From an uncultured virus (IMG/VR IMGVR_UViG_3300009376_000002) (taxonomy: Duplodnaviria > Heunggongvirae > Uroviricota > Caudoviricetes): a DNA stretch of 63,962 nt. The notes below the pieces were generated by a model. That model saw nothing but the letters and a program-made list of their open reading frames with translations, was not told the origin of the DNA and searched no databases. Positions 19,401-27,520 of this stretch are shown here, one piece after another (the first letter of the stretch is position 1; every line of letters starts with the position of its first letter). A program made the translations under genes and the position numbers. The stretch lies in IMG/VR virus record IMGVR_UViG_3300009376_000002; one strand, 5' to 3'.

Positions 19401-20341
19401 AGCTCTTCTTTAATGAGGAGGGTAAGTGGCGTCACTCCAAGGTAAATAAGACCTGCTTCGGTGCGCTCTGTCAGATTGAGGCTTTCACCTCGCTGCAGGA
19501 GTTCCAAGACGGTGACCTTGACAACCATCGCCAGCTCTACCACTTGATCGTTGATAACTACGAGCAGATCCGAAAGTCGGATGAAGGTAAGAAGAAGTGG
19601 TTGGATAAGCTAGAAGCCATCGGTGACAAGAACCGCGAGGAGGTCGATAAGATCATCTCCGTCTACACCAAGACCAAGATGCCTGAGATGGAGGAAGCCG
19701 CTCGATCTCTCGTCCTTGATGCTAATGTGATGGACTGGACTTACATCGATCACTTAGTAGATTCCCTCAAGACTATCGAGCACCCTAAACCTCGACGACA
19801 GCTCCAGATCGATCGCTGCTTCGAACGGATTGCAAAGAACGGCGATCGTCGTGAAAAGATCCTTGAGCGCATCGATGCTTTCTTCGATCTAGACGAGGCA
19901 ATGGGTTCTGTTGCGCACATTGAAGACTGGTCGCGTGATGAGAAGATTCGTCTCTACCAGGAGATCACGTCTGCTATCAATAATGCGTTGGTCTTTCCTG
20001 CCGAGGTGATGAAGCGAATCACCAAGACTGATATGCCCTCTGTCTGTGAGATCCCTGGCGGGGAGAAGGCTGTTGCTTGGGGTTGCGCCGCCGAGATCCA
20101 GAAGAAGACCACCAAGAAGGGTAAAGAGTTCTATCGCCTTCGAATGATCGATGACCAGAACAGATCTTGCTGGCTTCGAGTATGGGGTAAGTTCTTCGAG
20201 TGGGGTGAGGAGCGCGGACAAAAGCTCTACTACGAACCACCCGATTTCTCCTACTGGTTGATGGAGGTGGATGTAGATCCTAACTGGGGCGCTTCCACCG
20301 CAGCCTTTAAGATGCGCAGGATCCCCCTAGCCGATGATTAA
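16451..20341 (+). CDS. dnaE: DNA polymerase III alpha subunit (family C)
   Basis: PHP domain (HGH, TNHG, ADSHY), ARGSGGGSLV, PDIDSD, GRHAGG, KFDFLGL and FNKSHAVAY. Confidence 0.95.
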   Translation: MSFDDFKKPNRFVGMHGHDGYSTYDGLGYPADHLDFVLENGMDALSITNHGNCNSLPFLWKHGEKLRKQGRNVRTISGCEFYFVPSLKEWEKQYQNHRDRVKAERDAKKQEALSKIDVNKDAEDDEAQGGHVIEDEEASKTYDPDALDWKRRYHLVVTARNLTGLQNLFRLIKRSYKEGFYRFPRIDFEMLKEHGEGLQVSSACLAGIATGTVFKGQAHKKDFEEIMRDLGNLTDRFHDALSPDRFFWEIQFNSLDAQHTTNHYLLEMAKRHNLPLIATADSHYPRPDLWEARELYKKLGWMRDKPTPLPTFDELKCELYPKNAEQMWEEYGRHYTQHDFYNGTEDMVRQAIERTHDLTWNEFEDVWIDSKAKLPNYANPQRSHACYPEPPEDTPFQQLAKLVKAAMIREGLGDKPEYVARVKEEMDDIKFLGFENYFLTMYDVFHLAEKKTLFGPARGSGGGSLVNYLLGITQIDPLPFGLLWSRFLGRHRTSWPDIDSDAGDRDALIDAARVLFGEDAVIPVSNFNTLKLKSIVKDVAKFYQIDFAEVNRITGPLQGEVEPFARDANTEKSVFVLKHDDCMKYSDNYRTFMEKYPHVEKHVSTLFMEQRAIGRHAGGVLIADENELAETMPLIGVRGELQTPWTEGMNFRNLEDNGFIKFDFLGLTLMKDVENCIKRVLRTPDNPQPSFAQIKEYFDEHLNCRYVKQDDPKVWEHSYHHQNFAPGLFQFTAQGARNFCQQAKPDNIEELAAITAIYRPGPLKANVHIKYVEAKNDRDNIVYDHPVIERVLGPTCGFITFQEQFMTLAVELAGFTPGESDKMRKTLVKKSLDTIGKKGSERDQLRKQFVEGAQRLHDLDPKITHALFDKIEFFSLYGFNKSHAVAYAIDSYYAAWLYTYHPKEWIATVLQSENNSPNGLAKTIREVKVLGYKFAPSDINYSGEEWDYNPERKAFVPPLSSIKGVGGKAMEEIIEHRPFRNLRELFFNEEGKWRHSKVNKTCFGALCQIEAFTSLQEFQDGDLDNHRQLYHLIVDNYEQIRKSDEGKKKWLDKLEAIGDKNREEVDKIISVYTKTKMPEMEEAARSLVLDANVMDWTYIDHLVDSLKTIEHPKPRRQLQIDRCFERIAKNGDRREKILERIDAFFDLDEAMGSVAHIEDWSRDEKIRLYQEITSAINNALVFPAEVMKRITKTDMPSVCEIPGGEKAVAWGCAAEIQKKTTKKGKEFYRLRMIDDQNRSCWLRVWGKFFEWGEERGQKLYYEPPDFSYWLMEVDVDPNWGASTAAFKMRRIPLADD

Positions 20342-20537
20342 TCCGGGACAACTTGTCAGAATCACAAAGACAGCTGTGCAGGACAGTCGCCATCTAAATA
20401 AGTTGGGTGTCTTGCTGAAGGATAATGGTGTGGACGATTGTGGCATTCCAGAAGTATATATTTTAGTCGATGGTGATAGAATATGGGTATACCCAGACGG
20501 ATATGAGGTGATTGATGATCAAGTTTCCGATCTCTAA
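20334..20537 (+). CDS. Small KOW/SH3-like GDLV-family protein
   Basis: INPGQLVRI...YEVI. Confidence 0.55.
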   Translation: MINPGQLVRITKTAVQDSRHLNKLGVLLKDNGVDDCGIPEVYILVDGDRIWVYPDGYEVIDDQVSDL

Positions 20538-21423
20538 GGTCGTTCTAGAGGGTTGCGACCTAAGTGGCAAGACCTCGCTCTATAACTCCATTCATAAGCG
20601 ATCTGGATTCCGATGGAACATTGATGATAGGTCATCTTTGTCAATGTGCGTCTACGCTAATCAATATGATCGGGATGATTACTACCTTAGAAAGAACCTC
20701 ACGATGGAGCTATCTAACCTGAACAATCACTTTGTTCTTCTCCATCCTGACCTGGACGTGATTCATAACAGATATCTCGACCGAGGAGATGAGTTCCAGG
20801 ATGTCGACTCTCTGATCGACCTGCACACAAGGTTCAGCAAGGAGTTTGAAAAGATCTGCATGTTACCTAACGTTCATGCCTTCACTTCAGGGACGCTGAA
20901 GGACCAGGCCGATCGATTGATGAGTAACTTCTCTGACTGGGAAGCAAGGACACCTGAACAGATCGGTCGTTTGGCCTATGAGTTCGCCAAGTTCAGCCCG
21001 AACCGTGAGTGCACAACGATGCAGTTCCACTTCTACGATGACGGAACCTTTGAGGAGGTGAATGACAATATTGAATTTACTCCTGGCGAGGAAGTGTACT
21101 ACGCTCGAATCAGAGGCAAACTGATCGGAAAGATAGAAGATGAGCTTCGCGGCCGAAACCCTTATAAGCGCAAGGAGACAGACCAGTCACGAAGGTTTGT
21201 GTTCTCCGGAGAGGAATGCATCTCCTTCATCCAGGTTCTCGTTCGGGATGGTTTGATGGATGTCCACGCTGTATTTCGAAGTTCTGATACAGAGCGCAAG
21301 ACAGCCACCGACATTCAGCTAATCCATTACCTAGGCAGAGAGGCCTTTAGGTTGCTCAGATTGAACCCAGATGAATATAAAGTTCGCTTCCGGTTTAACA
21401 TAAACAGTGCTCACGTACTTTAA
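20515..21423 (+). CDS. Fusion of a dNMP (thymidylate-like) kinase and a thymidylate-synthase-fold domain (dCMP hydroxymethylase-like)
   Basis: N-terminal LEGCDLSGKTS P-loop and DDR. C-terminal SRR...C-ISFI-Q...RSSD-X7-D...SAH. Confidence 0.75.
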   Translation: MIKFPISKVVLEGCDLSGKTSLYNSIHKRSGFRWNIDDRSSLSMCVYANQYDRDDYYLRKNLTMELSNLNNHFVLLHPDLDVIHNRYLDRGDEFQDVDSLIDLHTRFSKEFEKICMLPNVHAFTSGTLKDQADRLMSNFSDWEARTPEQIGRLAYEFAKFSPNRECTTMQFHFYDDGTFEEVNDNIEFTPGEEVYYARIRGKLIGKIEDELRGRNPYKRKETDQSRRFVFSGEECISFIQVLVRDGLMDVHAVFRSSDTERKTATDIQLIHYLGREAFRLLRLNPDEYKVRFRFNINSAHVL

Positions 21424-21499
21424 TCTTAAACAAATCAAAATTTTTATCTAGAATACCTTATCATTAACTTACGTTCAAGGCACAGAAAGGAAAATAATA

Positions 21500-21844
21500 A
21501 TGCGCCTAGCACTAGTAACAATGTTCGCAATCGGTCTGATGGGTTGTCCCGACGACAAGGCAGCCACCACGGCTGCTGCAACCACCACAACCGGTACCGC
21601 CACAATGGCAACTGGTAATGAAGGTACGACTAATACGGAGACCACTGAGGGAACCGAAACGAATACCGAAAATACCAACAACACTGGTAGCACCACCAAT
21701 ACAGAAGGTGCTGCTACTGAGACCAATGCAGCCGCGGCCAACGAAGCTGCTGCAGCAGCACCAACCACGGCAACGGAGGAAACTCCTGCCGCAACGAACA
21801 CCAACACCGATGAGACGAAAACTACTAACAATAGTAACGACTAA
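21500..21844 (+). CDS. Thr/Ala/Asn-rich low-complexity lipoprotein
   Basis: Signal peptide with lipobox LMGC followed by a disordered T/A/N/E tail. Confidence 0.75.
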   Translation: MRLALVTMFAIGLMGCPDDKAATTAAATTTTGTATMATGNEGTTNTETTEGTETNTENTNNTGSTTNTEGAATETNAAAANEAAAAAPTTATEETPAATNTNTDETKTTNNSND

Positions 21845-21866
21845 TCAAATCGATTTTGGTAATCGT

Positions 21867-21897
21867 GAAGGGGGCCTCTGTGCCCCCTTCTTTATTT
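21867..21897 (+). terminator. Rho-independent terminator
   Basis: GAAGGGGGC-CTCTGT-GCCCCCTTC stem-loop followed by TTTATTT. Confidence 0.75.
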
Positions 21898-21907
21898 GGA
21901 GACAAAA

Positions 21908-22837
21908 ATGACAAGACATGCGCTGGTGACGGGAGCCGCTGGGTTTATAGGATCTAATCTTTGCCGCAAGCTTTTGCAAGAAGGCTGGAAGGTTACAGGA
22001 GTAGACGATCTGAGCAGCGGCCATCTTGAGCTTGTCCAGGGATTAAAAGGGCTGACATTGGTCGTAAATGACTTCGCTTCTGAACCCATTGTAGAAGCTG
22101 TGGAGTCAGGAGACTTTGACGTAGTATTTCACGTCGCCGCAGTGCCACGCGTAAGCTATTCAGTCGAAAATCCATCAGATACAACTCTTAATAACGTGGC
22201 TAAGACAGTAAAGTTAATGGAGTCTTGCAGGGGAAAGATCGATAGGTTTGTATTCTCTTCGTCTTCGTCAGTCTACGGGGGCGCCGAAGTAATGCCCACA
22301 CCTATAGATCAGCCTCGAGATCCAAAGTCTCCTTATGCTTGGCAGAAGTCTTCTGTAGAAGATCTGCTTAGAATGTTTGGTAATCTATACGATTTCGACT
22401 CCGTGTGCCTGCGCTACTTTAATGTGTTTGGACCTAATCAATACGGTGACTCACCCTACTCCACAGCCATCTCCGCATGGTGTCACGCTGTAAAAGAAGG
22501 ATTACCTCTTCGAAAAGACGGCACAGGTGAACAGAGTCGTGATATGTGCTATGTTGACAATGTTGTAGATGTTAATATACGAGCAGCCAACCACGAAGGT
22601 GCACTTAAAGGTGAGGCTTTCAACGTCGCATGCGGTGATCGAACTAGCAACAATGAGATCTTGGCTGCTTTCGAGTCCCGATTTGGAGATATCGACGTAA
22701 AGCAGGCTCCATTTCGACCCGGAGATGTCATGCACACTCAGGCAGATATTTCCGAGACAGAAAGAGTATTTGGTTACAAGCCCCTTGTAAGATTTTGGGA
22801 CGGTCTTGAAAAGACGTTTGACTGGTGGGGAATATAG
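21908..22837 (+). CDS. NAD-dependent UDP-sugar 4-epimerase (GalE/WbpP-like SDR)
   Basis: TGAAGFIG, SSSSVYG, YAWQK, LRYFNVFGP and RPGDV. Confidence 0.9.
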   Translation: MTRHALVTGAAGFIGSNLCRKLLQEGWKVTGVDDLSSGHLELVQGLKGLTLVVNDFASEPIVEAVESGDFDVVFHVAAVPRVSYSVENPSDTTLNNVAKTVKLMESCRGKIDRFVFSSSSSVYGGAEVMPTPIDQPRDPKSPYAWQKSSVEDLLRMFGNLYDFDSVCLRYFNVFGPNQYGDSPYSTAISAWCHAVKEGLPLRKDGTGEQSRDMCYVDNVVDVNIRAANHEGALKGEAFNVACGDRTSNNEILAAFESRFGDIDVKQAPFRPGDVMHTQADISETERVFGYKPLVRFWDGLEKTFDWWGI

Positions 22838-22872
22838 CAGTAGACCATCATATTTATTCCTGATAGTGCACC

Positions 22873-23627
22873 CGGAGTGTTTTTATGAATCTCACTGAAA
22901 ATGATTTACGCCTTCTGGTTCGCAGTATTCTACGGGAAGAATCAGCAAAACCTGGCCCGTCCAGCGTGAACAAAGCAGATTTTTATCAGAAGCTCCCTGT
23001 GGAGAAGCAAGATGATCTGCAAAAAGCTGTCGATAAGTTTGCTAAAGCACAAGTCCCCACGCTTGTCAATGTCGCAAAAAACATGTCAGGAAAGTCAGGT
23101 AAAAAAAGCTCAGAAGTACTCGCATCTTTTCTAAAAAATCCTACGCTTAAAATTCCTCCAATGAAGCTAGGAAGAAATTTAAAACTAGGTGGTGAGTTTG
23201 GAGCTGGTAATAATTCAAAAGTAAAAGCTGTCGTTGAAAAGGGAAAGCTCAAAGGGTTTACGTTCTCAGGCGAGCTTGGCCCAGGCTTGGAAATTAAAAA
23301 TGTTTTCGTACAGACCCCTACGATCTCTCTCAGCAAAGAAGCGACAGCCGAGCTAGACATGGGTCTAACGCAGGACATGGCTAGCGCAAAAGCAGGCCTA
23401 AACTATAAGATTCCAGGCGGATCTATAACAGGTGCAGCAGCAGGAAATATAGCTCTCGATTCATCCAAGTCCGATTATGAATTCTCTATTGGCTTAAGCA
23501 AGAAGTTCTAAAATGAGAAAATCTACAGGAATTTGTTGCATATCTATTAAAATAGATCACGGAGTGTTTTTATGAAGCTCACTGAAAACGATTTACGCCT
23601 TCTGATTCGCAACATCCTGCGCGAGCA
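22873..23627 (+). repeat. Direct repeat of about 65 bp (RBS plus tag-coding 5' end) at 22873 and 23560
   Basis: CGGAGTGTTTTTATGAA(T/G)CTCACTGAAAA(T/C)GATTTACGCCTTCTG(G/A)TTCGCA occurs at both starts. Confidence 0.85.
22885..23511 (+). CDS. Tagged putative virion protein with a beta-rich C-terminal half
   Basis: N-terminal MNLTENDLRLLVRSILREE. ATATTTAT at 22850-22857. Confidence 0.65.
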   Translation: MNLTENDLRLLVRSILREESAKPGPSSVNKADFYQKLPVEKQDDLQKAVDKFAKAQVPTLVNVAKNMSGKSGKKSSEVLASFLKNPTLKIPPMKLGRNLKLGGEFGAGNNSKVKAVVEKGKLKGFTFSGELGPGLEIKNVFVQTPTISLSKEATAELDMGLTQDMASAKAGLNYKIPGGSITGAAAGNIALDSSKSDYEFSIGLSKKF

Positions 23628-24978
23628 GGACGAAGAAGAAGTTGAAGAAGAAACCGAAGAAGAGGCTGAGGCCGAAGAAGCGGTCGTTGAACCCGAAGTC
23701 AAAGAACCCGAGGTTGATCCTGAGCTCCAGTCCCTAGCAAAGGAATATGAAGACGCAAGTTCATTTAAAGCGAAAGCTGAGGCTATAGCTAATATCTTGC
23801 GTCGCCCTGAGTTCTTTGGAACTGATATCGTAGGGCCCACCAAAGGGAAGCAGGTAAAAGGCAAGAATTCCATGCGGTTCGGAGTAGGTGCAGGTGCAAA
23901 AGACAAGCATGATTTTAAAGACATCGCTGATAAGATCTATGCTGTCTTGGCTCCAGAAAAAGTAAATCCAGTTCGCGTGTTCGGTCCCGATACTGGCCCC
24001 AATGAGAGCGGAACTTACACATCTTATGTTCTTCCTGACCTGGACAACCTAATGTTCACGTTCGGAGGAGCAGGTGAGACATCTGGACAACGCAAAGGTG
24101 GCTACGAATATGAGATGAACGTGATCTTCCCGAACCTGAAGGATGCAGGTTTAGAAGCAGAGCTTGGCGCAGATAATACAATCTCAGATGTTTACGTTGT
24201 GACTAAGGATGGCAAGCTTGGTATTGAGGTAAAACTCCCTGACGCACAGCTCGGTGAACCCACACTCAAGTATAATATTAAAGATAAATCTTTCTTCCCG
24301 TCAGTTGAGAAGGGCATTAACGTAGATGTAGCTAATCTGATCAATGCTGACGACACAAGCACAGACGCTTATAACCGAATGGTGATTATTCGTGATAAGG
24401 TCAACACACAAAGATCAGCTGACGGAGAAGATTCTGAGCTTTCACCCTTCCAGGACATTATCGATAAGATCACTAGAGCCGAGTATGACCAGATTGTTAA
24501 GCCTGCCCTGCGCGCAGACACAGAAGCAGGAAGTGATATCAGCGGAGTGAAGATCGGTGAGTTTAAGATCGGTTCTGACCGCATGAGGGACTACTACCTT
24601 GGAAAGAAAGCAGGCCTAGTTCAAGTGAAGGGTAAGGGACTCTATCATTTGCATCCGGATTTTGAGATCAAGATTAAAGACGAGGATGGCAACGAGAAGA
24701 GAACCATCCTCTTCGACTTCAGTGATCAAGTCTCAGGCGGAGTCCAGTTTCGAAACATGAAGGGCAACCGATATGGCATCAGATCAGACACAAGAAGTGC
24801 TCCTCTTAAAAAGATCCGACAGTCCCCCATCGATCTTGACAGCGAAGCTGACAGAGAGGCATTCGCAGCAGTTGTGCCTGACATGACCTTTCCAGATCCA
24901 AAATCTTTGATGGATGACAAATCCCTAGCAGAGTCAGTTCAAAACCGCTGGCAACTTTTGGCCGGCATAAAAGAATAA
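23572..24978 (+). CDS. Tagged putative virion protein with a PD-(D/E)xK nuclease-like core
   Basis: N-terminal MKLTENDLRLLIRNILREQ, GYEYE...SDVYV...IEVK core, C-terminal ESVQNRWQLLAGIKE. Confidence 0.6.
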   Translation: MKLTENDLRLLIRNILREQDEEEVEEETEEEAEAEEAVVEPEVKEPEVDPELQSLAKEYEDASSFKAKAEAIANILRRPEFFGTDIVGPTKGKQVKGKNSMRFGVGAGAKDKHDFKDIADKIYAVLAPEKVNPVRVFGPDTGPNESGTYTSYVLPDLDNLMFTFGGAGETSGQRKGGYEYEMNVIFPNLKDAGLEAELGADNTISDVYVVTKDGKLGIEVKLPDAQLGEPTLKYNIKDKSFFPSVEKGINVDVANLINADDTSTDAYNRMVIIRDKVNTQRSADGEDSELSPFQDIIDKITRAEYDQIVKPALRADTEAGSDISGVKIGEFKIGSDRMRDYYLGKKAGLVQVKGKGLYHLHPDFEIKIKDEDGNEKRTILFDFSDQVSGGVQFRNMKGNRYGIRSDTRSAPLKKIRQSPIDLDSEADREAFAAVVPDMTFPDPKSLMDDKSLAESVQNRWQLLAGIKE

Positions 24979-25024
24979 ATTTCACCGCGTTGTGTTATAA
25001 TCCATAGTAAGCAACGGAGAGAGC

Positions 25025-26050
25025 GTGAAGATCCCTGAAACACTATCCTACGACGACGTGCTACTGGTTCCGCAATACAGCGAAATCAGATCCCGCGAGG
25101 AGTGCGACACTTCCACAGTGCTCGGACCTGGTGTGGAGCTAAAGATACCGATCATCTCATCCTGCATGGACACTGTGACAGAGGCAGAGATGGCAGCGGT
25201 ACTGGCTAGGATGGGTGGATTAGGCATCATTCACCGCTACAACACACCCAAAGATCAGGCTGAGCTCGTGAGGAGAGCAGTTGAGCATGCAGAGGGTGGC
25301 CCCGTTGCTGCAGCTATTGGAGTGACAGGTGACTATTTCAAACGCGCAAGCTTACTACTGGATGCTGGAGCCTCTGCTCTTTGTGTCGATGTGGCACACG
25401 GCCACCATATCCTTGTGAAAGAGGTGCTGGAGGAGCTACGTGCAACTCACGGAGAAGAGCTCTGCATCATCGCAGGAAACGTGGCAACCAAGCAAGGCAT
25501 TAATGACTTAGCAGATTGGGGAGCAAATGCCGTACGATGCAACATTGGTGGAGGCTCTATATGCAGCACTCGAATCCAAACGGGACACGGTGTTCCGGGC
25601 TTTGAGACGATTTTACGATGCTACCAGACAGACCGGAACGTAGCGATCATTGCTGATGGCGGCATTCGAAACAGCGGCGATATCGTTAAGTCCATTGCTG
25701 CAGGATCTGACTGCGTGATGCTAGGCTCTCTTCTTTCTGGAACTGATGAGTCACCCGGTGATTTCGTGTATGTTAACGGAGAAAAGCGCAAGGTCTATAG
25801 AGGCATGGCTAGCCAAGAAGCACAGTTCGACTGGCGAGGAAGAGCTAGCAGTCTAGAAGGTGTATCCGCCACTGTACCTTACAAAGGATCTGCCGATTTA
25901 ATACTTAATAATCTGGTGCAAGGTTTGCGGAGCGGCATGTCTTATTCCGGGGCAAGAACTCTCAAGGAGTTGCAGCACCGCGCACAATTTATCAAGCAGA
26001 CTTCTGCAGGAGAGACCGAAAGTGGAACGCATATTCTCTCTAATCGTTAA
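25025..26050 (+). CDS. guaB: IMP dehydrogenase/GMP reductase family protein without CBS domains
   Basis: [34 protein letters not shown] and YRGMAS. IMPDH versus GMPR cannot be resolved by eye. Confidence 0.8.
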   Translation: MKIPETLSYDDVLLVPQYSEIRSREECDTSTVLGPGVELKIPIISSCMDTVTEAEMAAVLARMGGLGIIHRYNTPKDQAELVRRAVEHAEGGPVAAAIGVTGDYFKRASLLLDAGASALCVDVAHGHHILVKEVLEELRATHGEELCIIAGNVATKQGINDLADWGANAVRCNIGGGSICSTRIQTGHGVPGFETILRCYQTDRNVAIIADGGIRNSGDIVKSIAAGSDCVMLGSLLSGTDESPGDFVYVNGEKRKVYRGMASQEAQFDWRGRASSLEGVSATVPYKGSADLILNNLVQGLRSGMSYSGARTLKELQHRAQFIKQTSAGETESGTHILSNR

Positions 26051-26753
26051 AGTAATCTTGCAAGCACTGGGTTCAAGCATGAAGCCCACACCTGATCCGG
26101 AGCCTGAAGAACCCGTACAGGTAAAGGAAGAACTCACGCCTGAACCCGTCAAGGAGAAGAAAGTGACACATCAAAAGAAGTATTTGTGGCTGTTAGACAA
26201 TGGACACGGAGAGACAACGCCCGGTAAGAGATCACCGAAGTTCGATGATGGAACGCGGATGTTTGAATACGAGTTCAATCGTGCTGTTGTGGCAAGGATT
26301 AAGAATCGACTTGATGAGATAGGTGTGGCTTACCTCGACCTTGTTCCAGGGGACAGCGACGTATCTCTGAGTGACCGTGTGTCCCTAGCTAAATCTTGTG
26401 ATGATCAAGGCCTTGAAAAGGTTTACATCTCAGTGCACGGCAATGCAGCAACTGATGATTGGTCATCTGCGAATGGCATCGAAACCTTCTGTTACCCAGG
26501 ATCTACCACGGGTCATAGGCTTGGTGATGTGTTCCAGAAACACTTGATCGACCAGACGGGGTGGAGAGATAGAGGGGTAAAAGAAGCCAAGTTCTATGTG
26601 CTTCGAAAAACTACTATGCCAGCTATCTTAACTGAAAACGGATTCTTTAGCAATAAACAACAATGTGAACAAATGCTCTCGGCAGAGTATAGAGATAAGA
26701 TAGCCGAAGCACACGTTCAAGCTATCCTCGAAATAGAAAAGGACAGTATCTAA
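26022..26753 (+). CDS. N-acetylmuramoyl-L-alanine amidase (Amidase_3), probable endolysin
   Basis: DNGHG, EYEFN, SVHGNA and ILTENGF. Confidence 0.9.
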   Translation: MERIFSLIVKVILQALGSSMKPTPDPEPEEPVQVKEELTPEPVKEKKVTHQKKYLWLLDNGHGETTPGKRSPKFDDGTRMFEYEFNRAVVARIKNRLDEIGVAYLDLVPGDSDVSLSDRVSLAKSCDDQGLEKVYISVHGNAATDDWSSANGIETFCYPGSTTGHRLGDVFQKHLIDQTGWRDRGVKEAKFYVLRKTTMPAILTENGFFSNKQQCEQMLSAEYRDKIAEAHVQAILEIEKDSI

Positions 26754-26947
26754 TGATCGAGATCGACAATGTAAACATCCTGCGGATCGCTATTGCCAAG
26801 TTTTTGGCAGGCTTTCCTGAGAAGACGATTAATCTTCACTCGCACGCAGCGATAAAGATCCTCTCCGGTGAACTTTCTGAGCATCTAAAATCTGAGTTCA
26901 GCTCCGATAGCGTCGAGCAGCTCCAGTTTGATTTTGACGGTGAGTAG
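26753..26947 (+). CDS. Hypothetical protein
   Basis: 64 aa ORF translationally coupled on both sides. Confidence 0.55.
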   Translation: MIEIDNVNILRIAIAKFLAGFPEKTINLHSHAAIKILSGELSEHLKSEFSSDSVEQLQFDFDGE

Positions 26948-27520
26948 ATGCCCACACCGGAGTTTAAGATATACTGCGGTCCAATGTTTGGATCTAAAAC
27001 AACACGCCTAATGGCTGCTGTTGACAGGTATCGATACCAGAATCGAAATGTTATAGCTTTCAAACCTAGGCTAGACGATCGATATGATGAATCAGATATT
27101 GTCACTCATAACGGGGGCAAGATCCCTGCAGTAACAGTTTTCGACGCGGAAGATATCTATAAACATCTGGCCGAGTCCGACGAAGTCTATGACGTCGTTG
27201 CTGTGGATGAAGCCTTTCTCATCGAGGGTGTGTCCGATGTGCTCCGGTGGCTGTATAGCAAAGGAGTGACTATCGTGGTATCTACGCTAGATCTTTCTGC
27301 TGCTTGCAATCCTTTTGATGAAGTACAACAAATGATGCCTTGGGCAACCCATGTTGAGAAGTGCCCAGCCGTTTGTCCCGTCTGCAGTAAGGATGCCTAC
27401 TACACTTACAAGAAGAATGATGACGGAATTGAGATCGCGATCGGGGGAGCCGAGCTTTATGAGCCTCGCTGCTTTGATCATCACCCTTTAATGAACCAGC
27501 GAGAAGCTCATGATTCCTAA
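26948..27520 (+). CDS. tdk: Thymidine kinase (type II)
   Basis: GPMFGSKTT, VDEA, CxxC and IGGAELYEPRC. Confidence 0.9.
   Translation: MPTPEFKIYCGPMFGSKTTRLMAAVDRYRYQNRNVIAFKPRLDDRYDESDIVTHNGGKIPAVTVFDAEDIYKHLAESDEVYDVVAVDEAFLIEGVSDVLRWLYSKGVTIVVSTLDLSAACNPFDEVQQMMPWATHVEKCPAVCPVCSKDAYYTYKKNDDGIEIAIGGAELYEPRCFDHHPLMNQREAHDS

Noticed and set aside
16451..20341. Intein or intron in dnaE
   Set aside because: The inserts lack an N-terminal C/S, a terminal HN and LAGLIDADG motifs, and the frame is continuous.
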